A stretch of 64,000 bases of DNA from Candidatus Latescibacterota bacterium. Lineage in GTDB: Bacteria; Latescibacterota; CBDEFO01. Every line of letters starts with the position of its first letter. Position 1 is the first letter of the stretch. A program made the translations under genes and the position numbers. The notes beneath the pieces are model-generated. The model saw only the letters and a program-made list of their open reading frames with translations, searched no databases and was not told where the DNA came from. This document shows positions 31,083 through 41,010 of this stretch, in pieces. Where the stretch lies: contig OZ252149.1 of NCBI GenBank assembly GCA_965248755.1, positions 4,288,001-4,352,000 on the forward strand, given 5' to 3'.

Positions 31083-31529
31083 TCAATTTCCTGCTGCATC
31101 CGCAAGACCATATCGCTTCAGCCCCTTGAGGGTCCTGACTGTGCTATCAATATTCCTATATTAGCCTTCAGCGTGTTAACATCATATATGATTTTGCACT
31201 TTGGCAAAGCGACCTCTCTCTATCCGTTTGTTGAGATAGTAGCTTTGTAGACCTTATAAGTCGTCCCCTGAACTGGATGATGTCGTCAAGTTTGAAAGCT
31301 TAGTAATAGTTCTGAAGATCGCTTGTAGTTATGCTGGTGACTTTAGACATATTGCTCTCCTTTGCATTGGCCTACAAAGACTTCAGTGATCTTTATAACC
31401 TTCATAGAGTTCTTGAAGAGATGTGGGAAAATAGCGTCCTTGCAATCAACGAGCAGTTGAATTTATTTGAATTGAATCTAGATGGAACTCGTACCATCCG
31501 TTTCCATGGAGCCCACTGAAGGTGGATTA

Positions 31530-34064
31530 TCAGGAACGGGTGGCGACAAACTTGGAGTCTGGAGCAGTGATGCGGGCTAAAGTCTTAGCCAGGGGATAGG
31601 ACTGTTCTACCTTTGCCGCTCCAACTCCCACGGGGATAAAATTGCCCCCTTGAGCGTCCCAGATGGCCTTGTTGAGACTGTAGCTTCGATCTCGGGCGTC
31701 ATCGTACACGGGATCGGCAAAGACGTCATAAAGACCCTGAATTTCGCCTTTAGCGCCCAGTTTAATGATCACCGACACAGCTACACCACGACTATTGACG
31801 GTCGCTATGGCATCCTCAAGTGCAAGCGGCGTGGGGAACATATTGTGCGACCCGCGTCCATCCCCCTGAGTCATATAAAATCCGTCTCTCATAAATAAGT
31901 TGAGTGCGTTGGCCAGCGGCTCTACCGCCAGGAGCACAGGATCGTCTTTGCCGCGATATTCTCCGCCTGTGATTACGGCTAACTTCTCTGTGGACGCAGA
32001 AAGGAGAATATCGCCCAGGCTCTCAAGAGCAAGCTCCGGATCCCACTCCTCTGTGGTTCTCGTCCAGATGCGCTTAAAGTTAAACTTCTCGGTGGCCCCC
32101 AGGAGGTTTTGTGCCTGGTGCGTCTCGCTTTCGAAATCCAGAAAGATGCGCTTGTGTCCTTCGACATCCCAGACCTCGACGACTAATCCCTTTGCGTCCG
32201 TCCCCTCCAAGTAATGGTTCAGGCTACCGTCTGCTGTGGTCTTGTTTAGGCTGTACCAGACTGGGAGATTGAAAGCCGAAGGGCCAGATTTATCTATAGC
32301 CAAAAGTCCTACATTAGCAGCTTTGGGCATCGGAAGCTCGGCAAAGCCCGGCCCCTGGCCAGATACGTTCCCTGCAAAGACGGGCTCAGGCTTGTGCCCC
32401 GTTACTCGTCCTGTCTTCCATTGATTATATGCAGATTTAAGTTTATCTATATATATACGTTCGGATTCGGGCAGAAAATCGGGCAGAAGTTCTATGAACG
32501 CATCGTCTATTTCTGCTAATTCTTCAGTTGTTCGCCCCTCTGTCGCGTCTCCCACCAGGTCCTGTCCCAAGCCGTACCACTTATACCCGATAATTTCAGC
32601 CACCCACACCTGACGGAAAAAGGTCTTGTATGCAAAAAGATGAATCGGATTACAGTCAACGCCTTTATCGTGGCTCATCAAAAGGTGTCCGTCGTCTCCC
32701 ACTTCTAATATCTTCGACGTTCCATATATTAGGCCTATATTTTTGGCCTCCTGGAGGCTCGCCTGTGCTACGTAGCGGAAGTGATTTGGCGGCGTGGTAT
32801 GACCTATCTTTCCACCGCTGTCCGCCTTGATATCTGAGATAGTGAAGATGGACCGCGCGTTTGCTCTGACGACCACTCGATCTTCATGGTCAGGAATATC
32901 CATGAAGCGGTGCGACAGACGTTCGGCCTCTCCAAAGGCGCGCCCTTCGGCGGTCTCGGGATTAAGGTAAGGCTCAAATTCCCCGTGCATCGTCATATAA
33001 CGGATCAGGTTCCCTGCGTCTTTTTGGAGCCTTCGGGTCTCCGGCCTGTTCTGGGAGAAGATGTCCTCAACGTCTGGCCCCTGGGGGATGCGGCCGTCGT
33101 CGTAGGATTGATACGCGTACGCTACGACCTTTACGGTTCCTTCACTTATGGCTGTACTCTTTGCCTCTTCAAAGCTTACAGGCATAAGCCCCACTCGATA
33201 TCCGCCGTCTTTGCCCCCTGGTCCGAAGTAGAACTCTGCAGTGGACTGTGTGTACTCCCCTATCGCGGGTAGTCCCGATTGAGAGCGGCCGATTAAAATG
33301 GGTGCGAAATCTCCTTCTACCATAGCGGCTGGTTCGTCTTTAAGATCTCCTTCTCCAAAGCGTACCCCAACTGCGTATACCTTGCTCAATCTCCATTCAT
33401 CGGCATCGGCAACAAGCGATTGCAGTTCATTCATCTGGCCCGGTCCAAATTCGTAGGTTCGCACTTGAGATTTAGCGGACCTGAGGTCTTGGATGCTCTC
33501 TACGAGGGCGGAAAAATAGTTTCCCTCGATGCGTCTTCCCGATCCTTTATCCGGGTTGAAAAATAGATTGAAGAGGGCGCGGTTGAAAAACCCCCAGCTT
33601 CCGTTTATGGCCTTTGCCACATAGATCGGTTCTGCGCCTCGCTCGGTGAAGGGGAAGTCCAGGTATCTTATGCCAAGGGCTTGAATCTGATCCTCAGGGT
33701 CCATGTCTATTATGCTCTTACCGTGGTCGGGCTGATAAAGTCCCATTTCATGAGCCTTTTTCAGAGCCTCTGTTGCCGCTATGCGCGCCAGCTCAGCGGC
33801 ACAAGTAGAAGGATTATCGCGGTAAGAGTTTCCGTCGAAGAAGTCCCCGTTATAAGTCGTAATATGCAGATGGAGATCCCCTCCAAAAATGTTGGTCCAC
33901 GCCCCTTTGAGCGTCCCGTTATCCACTTTGTCCCGCAAAAATTGCTCGGCTACCTGGAAGACTTCAACAGGTATATCACCGCCAAGAAGACTGCCCAGAT
34001 CTATGCTGGCAATAATGACATTTGACTGAGTCGAAGTACGGTTTTCCATTCCTTTCAATCCCAT
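31530..34064 (-). CDS. Tandem (double-length) class V fructose-1,6-bisphosphate aldolase/phosphatase
   Basis: C-half: IKADSGG..GH, VGDD.HL.MSH, YGLGQDL, FAGNV.GQGPG, DK..P.AFNLP, YRGKDDPV, RGSH. N-half is a second degenerate copy (FTERGAEP, RSQSGLPAIGE, LMPVS, YM..HGEFEP). Confidence 0.85.
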   Translation of the reverse strand: MGLKGMENRTSTQSNVIIASIDLGSLLGGDIPVEVFQVAEQFLRDKVDNGTLKGAWTNIFGGDLHLHITTYNGDFFDGNSYRDNPSTCAAELARIAATEALKKAHEMGLYQPDHGKSIIDMDPEDQIQALGIRYLDFPFTERGAEPIYVAKAINGSWGFFNRALFNLFFNPDKGSGRRIEGNYFSALVESIQDLRSAKSQVRTYEFGPGQMNELQSLVADADEWRLSKVYAVGVRFGEGDLKDEPAAMVEGDFAPILIGRSQSGLPAIGEYTQSTAEFYFGPGGKDGGYRVGLMPVSFEEAKSTAISEGTVKVVAYAYQSYDDGRIPQGPDVEDIFSQNRPETRRLQKDAGNLIRYMTMHGEFEPYLNPETAEGRAFGEAERLSHRFMDIPDHEDRVVVRANARSIFTISDIKADSGGKIGHTTPPNHFRYVAQASLQEAKNIGLIYGTSKILEVGDDGHLLMSHDKGVDCNPIHLFAYKTFFRQVWVAEIIGYKWYGLGQDLVGDATEGRTTEELAEIDDAFIELLPDFLPESERIYIDKLKSAYNQWKTGRVTGHKPEPVFAGNVSGQGPGFAELPMPKAANVGLLAIDKSGPSAFNLPVWYSLNKTTADGSLNHYLEGTDAKGLVVEVWDVEGHKRIFLDFESETHQAQNLLGATEKFNFKRIWTRTTEEWDPELALESLGDILLSASTEKLAVITGGEYRGKDDPVLLAVEPLANALNLFMRDGFYMTQGDGRGSHNMFPTPLALEDAIATVNSRGVAVSVIIKLGAKGEIQGLYDVFADPVYDDARDRSYSLNKAIWDAQGGNFIPVGVGAAKVEQSYPLAKTLARITAPDSKFVATRS

Positions 34065-34341
34065 GGTTTTTTCTCTCCCTAATCAAGATAATTTGACCAC
34101 ATTCCGACAGGTAATTCTACCTCAATATCGCTCTAGTGTTTGCTCCTTTTCCCAGGATCAGATAAACAAAAACCTGACGTGATAATATAAGACAATTCCA
34201 GTAAAAGGCAAGCAGTTTCTGCTTGGTGCAGGCATATTTAATTCTTTCAAAAGCGCCAGTTGAGTCGGAGCCAAGCGAGGTTTTGAGATCAAGTGTGAGA
34301 ACTGAATGATCCTATTTATTGATCTAAATACACTATTTCGA

Positions 34342-34391
34342 TGTGGCGGCTGCGTTACCCAGCCCTTGGGCGAGGGAATCTGGCACCTACA
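34342..34391. repeat. Degenerate GTAG-type REP doublet
   Basis: Aligns with 20408-20458 (CCCAGCCCTTG core, ends CCTACA). Confidence 0.6.
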
Positions 34392-34466
34392 CTATGTTCA
34401 ATCAGTACTCGCTTACCACTGGAAAGAAAATTAAACGATCCTGGCCTGCTGTCCACGTTTCTATCT

Positions 34467-34940
34467 TTACGATGAGGCGGTCTCAGAAGACCAGGAGGCG
34501 GTCTCAGAAGACCAGCTTGGAACCACATCTTCGCCCTCAATCCAGCCTTCTCCTTTTTCCCACACCTCCTTTTTCCATATCGGAACAATCTCTTTCAAGC
34601 GATCTATCGCATATTCACAAGCTTGGAAGGCCTCCCTCCTGTGAGGTGATGCCACAGCGATAGCCACACTAGCCTCTCCTATTTCTAATCTTCCTATGCG
34701 ATGAACGATAGCCAAATCTTTTATTCCCCACTTCTCTTTAATTTCATCCGCTATCTGTTTCATCTTCGTTTCGGCCATCTCTTCGTAAGCCTGATAGTCT
34801 AAGTACCTTACACCCTTTCCAAGAGAATTGTTCCGCACCACGCCTGCAAAGGTAACAACAGCCCCGTCTTCATCTTTCCTAACCATCTTTGCAAGCGCTT
34901 CCACATCTATTTCATCTTTGACTATTTTAAACATAATCAA
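34467..34940 (-). CDS. moaE: Molybdopterin synthase catalytic subunit
   Basis: GAVVTFAGVVRN, HRIGRL, SPHRREAF, PIWKKE; 21-bp tandem duplication at 34474-34515. Confidence 0.95.
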   Translation of the reverse strand: MIMFKIVKDEIDVEALAKMVRKDEDGAVVTFAGVVRNNSLGKGVRYLDYQAYEEMAETKMKQIADEIKEKWGIKDLAIVHRIGRLEIGEASVAIAVASPHRREAFQACEYAIDRLKEIVPIWKKEVWEKGEGWIEGEDVVPSWSSETASWSSETASS

Positions 34941-34981
34941 CCTCCAACGCAGAAGATATGACAGAGATCACATTTTTACAA

Positions 34982-35227
34982 TTAACCGCCGCTTACCGGA
35001 GGTATAAAGGCTACCTCATCCTTGTCATTTAGCTGTGCTTCAAAGTCGGTGTACTCCTTATTCAGAGCCACAAAGAGATTCCCCTTGAGGTCCGATAGTT
35101 TTGGAAATCGATAGGCGATGTGGTGCCAGAGGTCGCCTACGGTTCCTTTTTCATCTAACTCTATTTCTATCTCATCTGCGCCTACAATATCCCTGCATGA
35201 TGCGAAAAATTTTACGTTGATCTTCAA
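34982..35227 (-). CDS. moaD: Molybdopterin synthase sulfur carrier subunit
   Basis: KINVKFFA...VAFIPPVSGG with C-terminal GG; TTG start at 35227. Confidence 0.93.
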   Translation of the reverse strand: MKINVKFFASCRDIVGADEIEIELDEKGTVGDLWHHIAYRFPKLSDLKGNLFVALNKEYTDFEAQLNDKDEVAFIPPVSGG

Positions 35228-35246
35228 TTTGTCGCCCTTTGTACTG

Positions 35247-36347
35247 TCACTGATTTGTCCTTTTTCTCCCGATTTTCTCCCAAAAGGTTCTTCGATACGC
35301 CCCTTTCCGCCAACCCTCATAGCCCACGACGAAAAATATGATCGTGGCCTGAATGACATAGACCATTACCGACGAGACTCCGGCTGCTCTTTGCATGTTC
35401 CCGGCGCCTGCGTTCATAGCTCCGAACAGAAAGGAAGAGAAGATCACGCCTATGGGGTTTAATCTCCCCAAAAGGGCGACAGCAATAGCGGTATATCCGT
35501 AGCCGGGTGAGAACTTTTCGTAGAGGCGATACGTCAATCCAACTAGCTCAACAGCACCTGCTATCCCCGCAAGACCGCCGCTTATCAGCATCGCCAGTAG
35601 GATGTTTTTTTCAACCTTTATCCCTGCGTACCTGGCAGCCTGAGGGTTTAATCCCACGGACCGAATTCTGTAGCCCAAGACTGTCTTGTAGAGCAGAAAA
35701 TAGGCAAAACACGCCAAGACTAAAGCTAAAATCACGCCTGCGTGGAGACGCGTCGGAGGCGCTATTCTTGAGAGTCTTGCTGCCTCATATACAGCGTCGC
35801 TTTGGGGGAATTTGCCCGCCTTTTCCATAAGGGGGCCGTGCACGGCCCAGCTCACTATCTGGATAGCTACAAAATTGAGCATTATGGTGCTGATTACTTC
35901 CTGAACGCCCCTTTTTATCTTCAGTATTGCCGCTATGCCTGCCCATAGACCTCCAGAGATGAACGATACCAAAAGGATCAGGGGAAGGAGGATAAATCCA
36001 GGAGTAGAACTTATCGATGTCCCTATCCAGGCCGCTGAAAGTGCGCCCATATACAATTGGCCCTCAGCCCCGATGTTCCAGACGCCGGACCTGAAAGCCA
36101 AAGCTACCGCAAGCCCTGTAAAAAGCAGGGGACAGGTCTTCAACAAGGTCTCTGAGAGGCTGTATCTGCTCCCGAAGGCTCCATCTAATAGCGCCTCGAA
36201 TGCGGACGTTGGACTCTGTCCCGAAAGATAGATAATGACGCCGTTTATGATCAAAGCCGACACCACAGCGCCAAGTGGAGTCCCCAACGCCCCAACTGTC
36301 CCCCAAAGAGTTCTTCGATCCATAACTTCAAGCCGCCCTTTTTTCAC
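35247..36347 (-). CDS. ABC transporter permease (nucleoside/BMP type)
   Basis: WNIGAEGQ, EVISTIMLNF, VGLNPQAARYAGI, GYGYTAIAVALLG; start may be 36323. Confidence 0.92.
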   Translation of the reverse strand: MKKGRLEVMDRRTLWGTVGALGTPLGAVVSALIINGVIIYLSGQSPTSAFEALLDGAFGSRYSLSETLLKTCPLLFTGLAVALAFRSGVWNIGAEGQLYMGALSAAWIGTSISSTPGFILLPLILLVSFISGGLWAGIAAILKIKRGVQEVISTIMLNFVAIQIVSWAVHGPLMEKAGKFPQSDAVYEAARLSRIAPPTRLHAGVILALVLACFAYFLLYKTVLGYRIRSVGLNPQAARYAGIKVEKNILLAMLISGGLAGIAGAVELVGLTYRLYEKFSPGYGYTAIAVALLGRLNPIGVIFSSFLFGAMNAGAGNMQRAAGVSSVMVYVIQATIIFFVVGYEGWRKGAYRRTFWEKIGRKRTNQ

Positions 36348-37860
36348 CCATCATCATCAAGCCTATTTCGTCCCTTGGCGTTTTGGGAGACACAATTCCC
36401 ATCAGCTTGCCTTCGAACATAATTCCTACTTTATCGCTTAAGGACAGGAGTTCGTCTAACTCCGTAGAGATCAGGAGCACAGCGCTGCCCCTTTCCCTTG
36501 CCTCCGAAAGTTTGCTATGGACGTATTGCGCCGCCGCTATATCGAGTCCCCTCGTCGGGTTCACGGCTATCAGAATATCTGGCTTTCTTGACAGCTCTCT
36601 GGCGATGACGACCTTTTGTTGATTTCCCCCCGAAAGGGAATCCGCCGAATCGTTTGGCCCTTGGGCCCGAATGTCAAAATCACGGATGGCCTGAAGGGCA
36701 AAATCCCTTATCTTCTGGCTCTTTAAGATGCCCCACTTTGAATATGGAAGATTCCCGTGTGTCCCCAAAATCAGGTTCTCCAAGAGCGAAAATCCCAATA
36801 TAAGGCCCATCTTACGCCTGTCCTGGGGTATATGCGACCCATTGTGTTCAAGCAATTTCTGAACCGACCAGTCCGTCTGTTCTTTTCCCTTAACCAGCAT
36901 CCTGCCTGAAGCTATTTTCCTCAACCCTGACAGGGCATCGGCCGTCTCGGCCTGTCCGTTTCCGTCCACTCCTCCTATGCCAAATATCTCTCCCGATCTG
37001 ATCTGAAGGCTGATTCCGCCGACGACTGGGACGCCGATTTTGTCAAGAACTTTCATATCCGCTACCTCAAGGACGACATCACCTCTCGGCACCTCCTTTT
37101 TTGTTATCTTTCGAGCGGTTTCTCGTCCTACCATCATCCGGGCTAACTTTCTTCTGTCGGTATCTTGAGACTTCATTGTCCCTATTACTTGCCCTCCCCT
37201 TAACACGGTCACCCTATCGCTTATCCTCATAACCTCGCCCAACTTGTGGCTGATGAAGACTATCGAACGCTTGTCCTTTTTGAGCTCCTCCAGTATATCG
37301 AACAGGTCTTCCACTTCTTGAGGAGTCAATACGGCTGTAGGCTCGTCCAGGATCAATATCTTGGCATCTTGATATAAGGCTTTGAGTATTTCCACACGCT
37401 GTTGAGCCCCCACAGAGAGGTCTTTCGCCAGGGCTTTGGGGTCCACCTTCAGTCCGAACCTCCCGGATAGGTCTCCCACGTCCTTTTGGGCCTCAAGTCT
37501 GTCAAGAATTATCCTCTTTAGAACATTCCCCCTACCTTCGTGTTGTACTCCTAATACGACGTTTTCTGCCACAGTGAAGACAGGGACGATCTGAAAGTGC
37601 TGGTGGATCATCCCAATTTTAGAATTTATGGCATCCTTTGGAGACTTGGGATCTATTCTTTTGCCGTTCAGGAGTATCTCTCCTGAATCTGGCCTGTAGA
37701 GGCCGTAGAGGATGTTCATCAGCGTAGTCTTGCCCGCTCCATTCTCACCCAAAAGGGAATGGATTTCGCCCTCCTCAAGTGAAAAATGGACTTCGTTCAG
37801 GGCTATGTTCGAGCCAAATTTCTTATTTATATTTTTAAGTTGCAATAGAGCCAACGTCAA
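36328..37860 (-). CDS. ABC transporter ATP-binding protein (duplicated NBD)
   Basis: GENGAGKTT, LDEPTAVL, LSGGNQQK. Confidence 0.95.
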   Translation of the reverse strand: MTLALLQLKNINKKFGSNIALNEVHFSLEEGEIHSLLGENGAGKTTLMNILYGLYRPDSGEILLNGKRIDPKSPKDAINSKIGMIHQHFQIVPVFTVAENVVLGVQHEGRGNVLKRIILDRLEAQKDVGDLSGRFGLKVDPKALAKDLSVGAQQRVEILKALYQDAKILILDEPTAVLTPQEVEDLFDILEELKKDKRSIVFISHKLGEVMRISDRVTVLRGGQVIGTMKSQDTDRRKLARMMVGRETARKITKKEVPRGDVVLEVADMKVLDKIGVPVVGGISLQIRSGEIFGIGGVDGNGQAETADALSGLRKIASGRMLVKGKEQTDWSVQKLLEHNGSHIPQDRRKMGLILGFSLLENLILGTHGNLPYSKWGILKSQKIRDFALQAIRDFDIRAQGPNDSADSLSGGNQQKVVIARELSRKPDILIAVNPTRGLDIAAAQYVHSKLSEARERGSAVLLISTELDELLSLSDKVGIMFEGKLMGIVSPKTPRDEIGLMMMGEKRAA

Positions 37861-38873
37861 AACTTTCCTCTAGGGACCTGAAATTCGCCCGATCTTATCT
37901 TAGCCTCCATCAGGTCTATTCTATCTCTGACGTCTTTGGGTATTCTATCCTCTAACCTGGGATTATAGGCCAAGGAAACTATCCCTTCCTTCATCCCTAA
38001 CCACATAATATCAGGTTTAAACTGTTTATCTTTCACTTTTTTTGCCACTTCTAAAAAGCTACTCGGAATGTCTAAAACAGCGCTTGCTAGGATCACTTCC
38101 GGGGCAATGTGGTTCTGATCTGCGTTTGAGCCAAAGGCATAGACGTTTGCTCTTTCCTTAACGGCCTGAAAGACACCCAGGCCCGCAGCGTCCGCATTGT
38201 GGAGGATGAAATCTGCGCCCTGATCGATAAGAGCCAGTGTCGCCTCCTTGGCCGCGCCTGCGTCCTCCCAGTTGCCTATGTAGGACTTGAGGATTTTAAA
38301 GTCGGGAACTGCATCTTTTGCTCCTCCTTCAAAGGCTATAAACGTGCTCTTGACGGAGGGAATTGCCACTCCGCCGACCACTCCAGCGACCCCTGTTTTG
38401 GACATCAAAGCCGCCATCATTCCCATGAGGTACGTCGCCTCCTCAAGTTCAAAGACCATAGGAGCCACGTTGTCCCTTACAGTACTTCCCGACGTGGTTA
38501 TAAAGACTGTGTTCACAAAATCGGGAGACACCGCCGCGGCGGCGTCCTGAAACTCGAATCCGTGTCCGAAGACTAAATCGAAGCCCCTGCTGGCGTAGTC
38601 TCTGAATCCCTCCTCAAACTCCGCAGGTGTGCCGGTTTGGACCTGACTTATCTGCGCTCCGAGTTCGTCTCTTATCCTCAAGAGTCCCTCGTAAGCTATA
38701 GCGTTCCATCCCGCATCACTGACTGGACCGGGGCTTAAAAGGGCTACCTTGAATTCTTTCTCCTCTGCTTGTTGGTCCTTTTTTGAGCAGCCGATAGCAA
38801 ACAAGAGTGAAAACAGAAGTAATACCGATAAGATAGCTCTGAAAATCGGACCCAAAACGCCTTTGTGTATCAT
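37857..38873 (-). CDS. BMP-family ABC substrate-binding lipoprotein
   Basis: Lipobox AIGC, D.GWN..AYEG, QGADFI; ATG 38873 preferred. Confidence 0.92.
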   Translation of the reverse strand: MIHKGVLGPIFRAILSVLLLFSLLFAIGCSKKDQQAEEKEFKVALLSPGPVSDAGWNAIAYEGLLRIRDELGAQISQVQTGTPAEFEEGFRDYASRGFDLVFGHGFEFQDAAAAVSPDFVNTVFITTSGSTVRDNVAPMVFELEEATYLMGMMAALMSKTGVAGVVGGVAIPSVKSTFIAFEGGAKDAVPDFKILKSYIGNWEDAGAAKEATLALIDQGADFILHNADAAGLGVFQAVKERANVYAFGSNADQNHIAPEVILASAVLDIPSSFLEVAKKVKDKQFKPDIMWLGMKEGIVSLAYNPRLEDRIPKDVRDRIDLMEAKIRSGEFQVPRGKF

Positions 38874-39129
38874 CGAACCTTCCCTTCTTTGCCTCTCTAA
38901 TGGACATATATAAGAGTGTAACAATTATAATAAATTTATTCTACCGGGTCAAGCCCCTTTTTCTTGGATGAGCACCTGCTCTGAGGGGGGAGGAGTGGTA
39001 CAGCGTACACTCCGCATGCGACCGGAAGAGAAAGTTGGCACCAAACAGCAGAAAGGGCGTCCTACCTAGGCTTTGTGTATAGATACATTATACTGCTCTG
39101 CTCGCTATAACGTTGCTTGCTGAAGCCTT

Positions 39130-39464
39130 CAATCCATGGCAAGTGCCTCCCGCAATGTCCCACAGCACGGTCTCGACCGCACCGATCTCGACGATCGTGC
39201 CTCCGTCGTTCCAAGAGTCTGATGTGGTGCATCTCTTGCCCATTCTGTTGGACCTGGAGAGGATCTTCTCCTGTAGGAATCTGTTCTAGTTCCCCGTCGG
39301 TCTGGACGATTGCGTCCCCTCTAGATTCAATCCGGGGATGACCAGAGACGGAGACTCGGCGTGCACAACCCCCTCGAAGCCCTCGTGCGTGTGCACCTGG
39401 ACCACGGTCTCGATCGCCCGACCGGTCTTGAAAGTAAGATCGTCTCTACTTCCGCGATCTTCAT
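39130..39464 (-). pseudogene. Mandelate racemase/enolase-superfamily N-terminal remnant
   Basis: Across frames: MKIAEVETI, VVQVHTHEG, GEDPLQV, IGAVETVLWDIAG; palindromic insert at 39315-39338. Confidence 0.7.
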
Positions 39465-39528
39465 GACTTCGTCCTTCCTGCTATTCTCCGATCATCCGTC
39501 GCTGATACTCTTTCCCGCTTGCACAACG

Positions 39529-40752
39529 CTAATCATCTTTCAAAAATATCACGAACGGAAGCCCCAATAGCATAACCGCTCCCGCAACGTAGAAGATCGT
39601 ATCGAGACCATATGCATCTCCAATGACCCCGAAGATAGGCGGCGAAGCGGCGGCGGAGAGGAAGTTTAGAGTGTAGTATAGAGCATATCCCCGACTCCGA
39701 CGCAGAGGATCAAACGTAGGCGCCAGCCCGATGTATATCACAGAGGACGTCCCGTTGAGCATAAACCCGAATACCGGCAAAAAGAGCACCATAACCCATC
39801 CCGGAGGGACCGAGGGGAGGGCGTAACAGCCGAGTATCATCAGCAACTCTGTGATCAGGATGATCCTTTTTGCTCCCAATTTCCGGATCGGCATGCCGCA
39901 CAGGAGCTTTCCGACCGCTCCGCCGAAAAAGGTCAAAGACATAAGCCACACATAGCCTGTCAGACTTACAGAGTCCCCTTTGATTCCTCTTTCGATCAGT
40001 AGAAATCCCAAAAATGCCACAGCGGCGTTCCGAACTGCAATATCGAGGAATCCGATGATGGAGTAGAGGGTAAACTGGCCCGGCCTTTTGATGCCCCAGT
40101 TGGCAAAAAAAGTTCTTCGATGCGCCTCATTTATTTTATGCTCTCTGTCCTTCAGGGCTTTCTGTCTTCTGGCGCTGATGTCGCTTCGAAAAAAGAAGAG
40201 ATACAAAAGGGACGTTAAAAGTCCGATGATCCCCAGTACAGCAAGGCTCCCTTGCCATCCAATTCTTGGGTCGATGACCAAAACTCCCGCTAAAAGGGGG
40301 AATAGCACCTTTCCAACATCTCCGGAAAAATTCAATGTTCCTATAGCCGGACCAGATTTTTCAGGCGGATAGACATTTGAGATCAGGGCGGTTCCCACAG
40401 GGTGATACGCGCCTCCCCCTATCCCGGATGCAAGTATCAGCATCAGCGTGATAGGGTAGCTGAACGCTAAAAGCAAAAGCATATAGCTCAGGCTGAACCA
40501 AGCAGTTCCTAAGCCCAGCGTTAGTATCTCTCCGATACTTTCGGACAGGAGTCCCGCCGGTATCTGAGCTGCGCTTATCGCTACGTAGCTAGCGGCCTTA
40601 AGGAGGCCGGACTGGGTGTAGTTCAGATCGAGATCGGATGCGATGAAGGGAAGTAGAAGGGCTAAACTTACAACGTAACCGTCGTTAACGATATGAAGGA
40701 GACTGCACCACCAAAGCTGTCTTTTCGGATTATATTGAATAGGTCTTTGCAT
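39529..40752 (-). CDS. MFS transporter
   Basis: LHIVNDGY, GGGAYHP, about 12 TM helices. Confidence 0.9.
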   Translation of the reverse strand: MQRPIQYNPKRQLWWCSLLHIVNDGYVVSLALLLPFIASDLDLNYTQSGLLKAASYVAISAAQIPAGLLSESIGEILTLGLGTAWFSLSYMLLLLAFSYPITLMLILASGIGGGAYHPVGTALISNVYPPEKSGPAIGTLNFSGDVGKVLFPLLAGVLVIDPRIGWQGSLAVLGIIGLLTSLLYLFFFRSDISARRQKALKDREHKINEAHRRTFFANWGIKRPGQFTLYSIIGFLDIAVRNAAVAFLGFLLIERGIKGDSVSLTGYVWLMSLTFFGGAVGKLLCGMPIRKLGAKRIILITELLMILGCYALPSVPPGWVMVLFLPVFGFMLNGTSSVIYIGLAPTFDPLRRSRGYALYYTLNFLSAAASPPIFGVIGDAYGLDTIFYVAGAVMLLGLPFVIFLKDD

Positions 40753-40823
40753 TATTGAGAAACCTGCATCGAGTCTGGAAGGGGCCCTATCAAATCACGA
40801 TAGTGTCCAGATTATGAAGCTTG

Positions 40824-40846
40824 TCCCCGATTGATTCTATCGGGGA
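40824..40846. repeat. Single palindromic micro-element flanked by CTTG direct repeats
   Basis: CTTG-TCCCCGATTGATTCTATCGGGGA-CTTG. Confidence 0.7.
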
Positions 40847-41010
40847 CTTGACCTTTCAGTTCCGACAAGATCCCTGTAAGCCTACTCTACTTCTGGAACC
40901 GAAGTCCTTGTCTCCATACGTTGAAGGTCCTTGTCACTTTGATATGGCAGGTAATCTATTACGAAATGCTATAGCTTTCTCTATTTGCAAGCATCTTGGT
41001 TCTGTTTCCC

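Noticed and set aside
31331..31519. 62-aa ORF convergent with the FBPA/P gene
   Set aside because: No recognisable motif or clear RBS; possibly a remnant but unsupported
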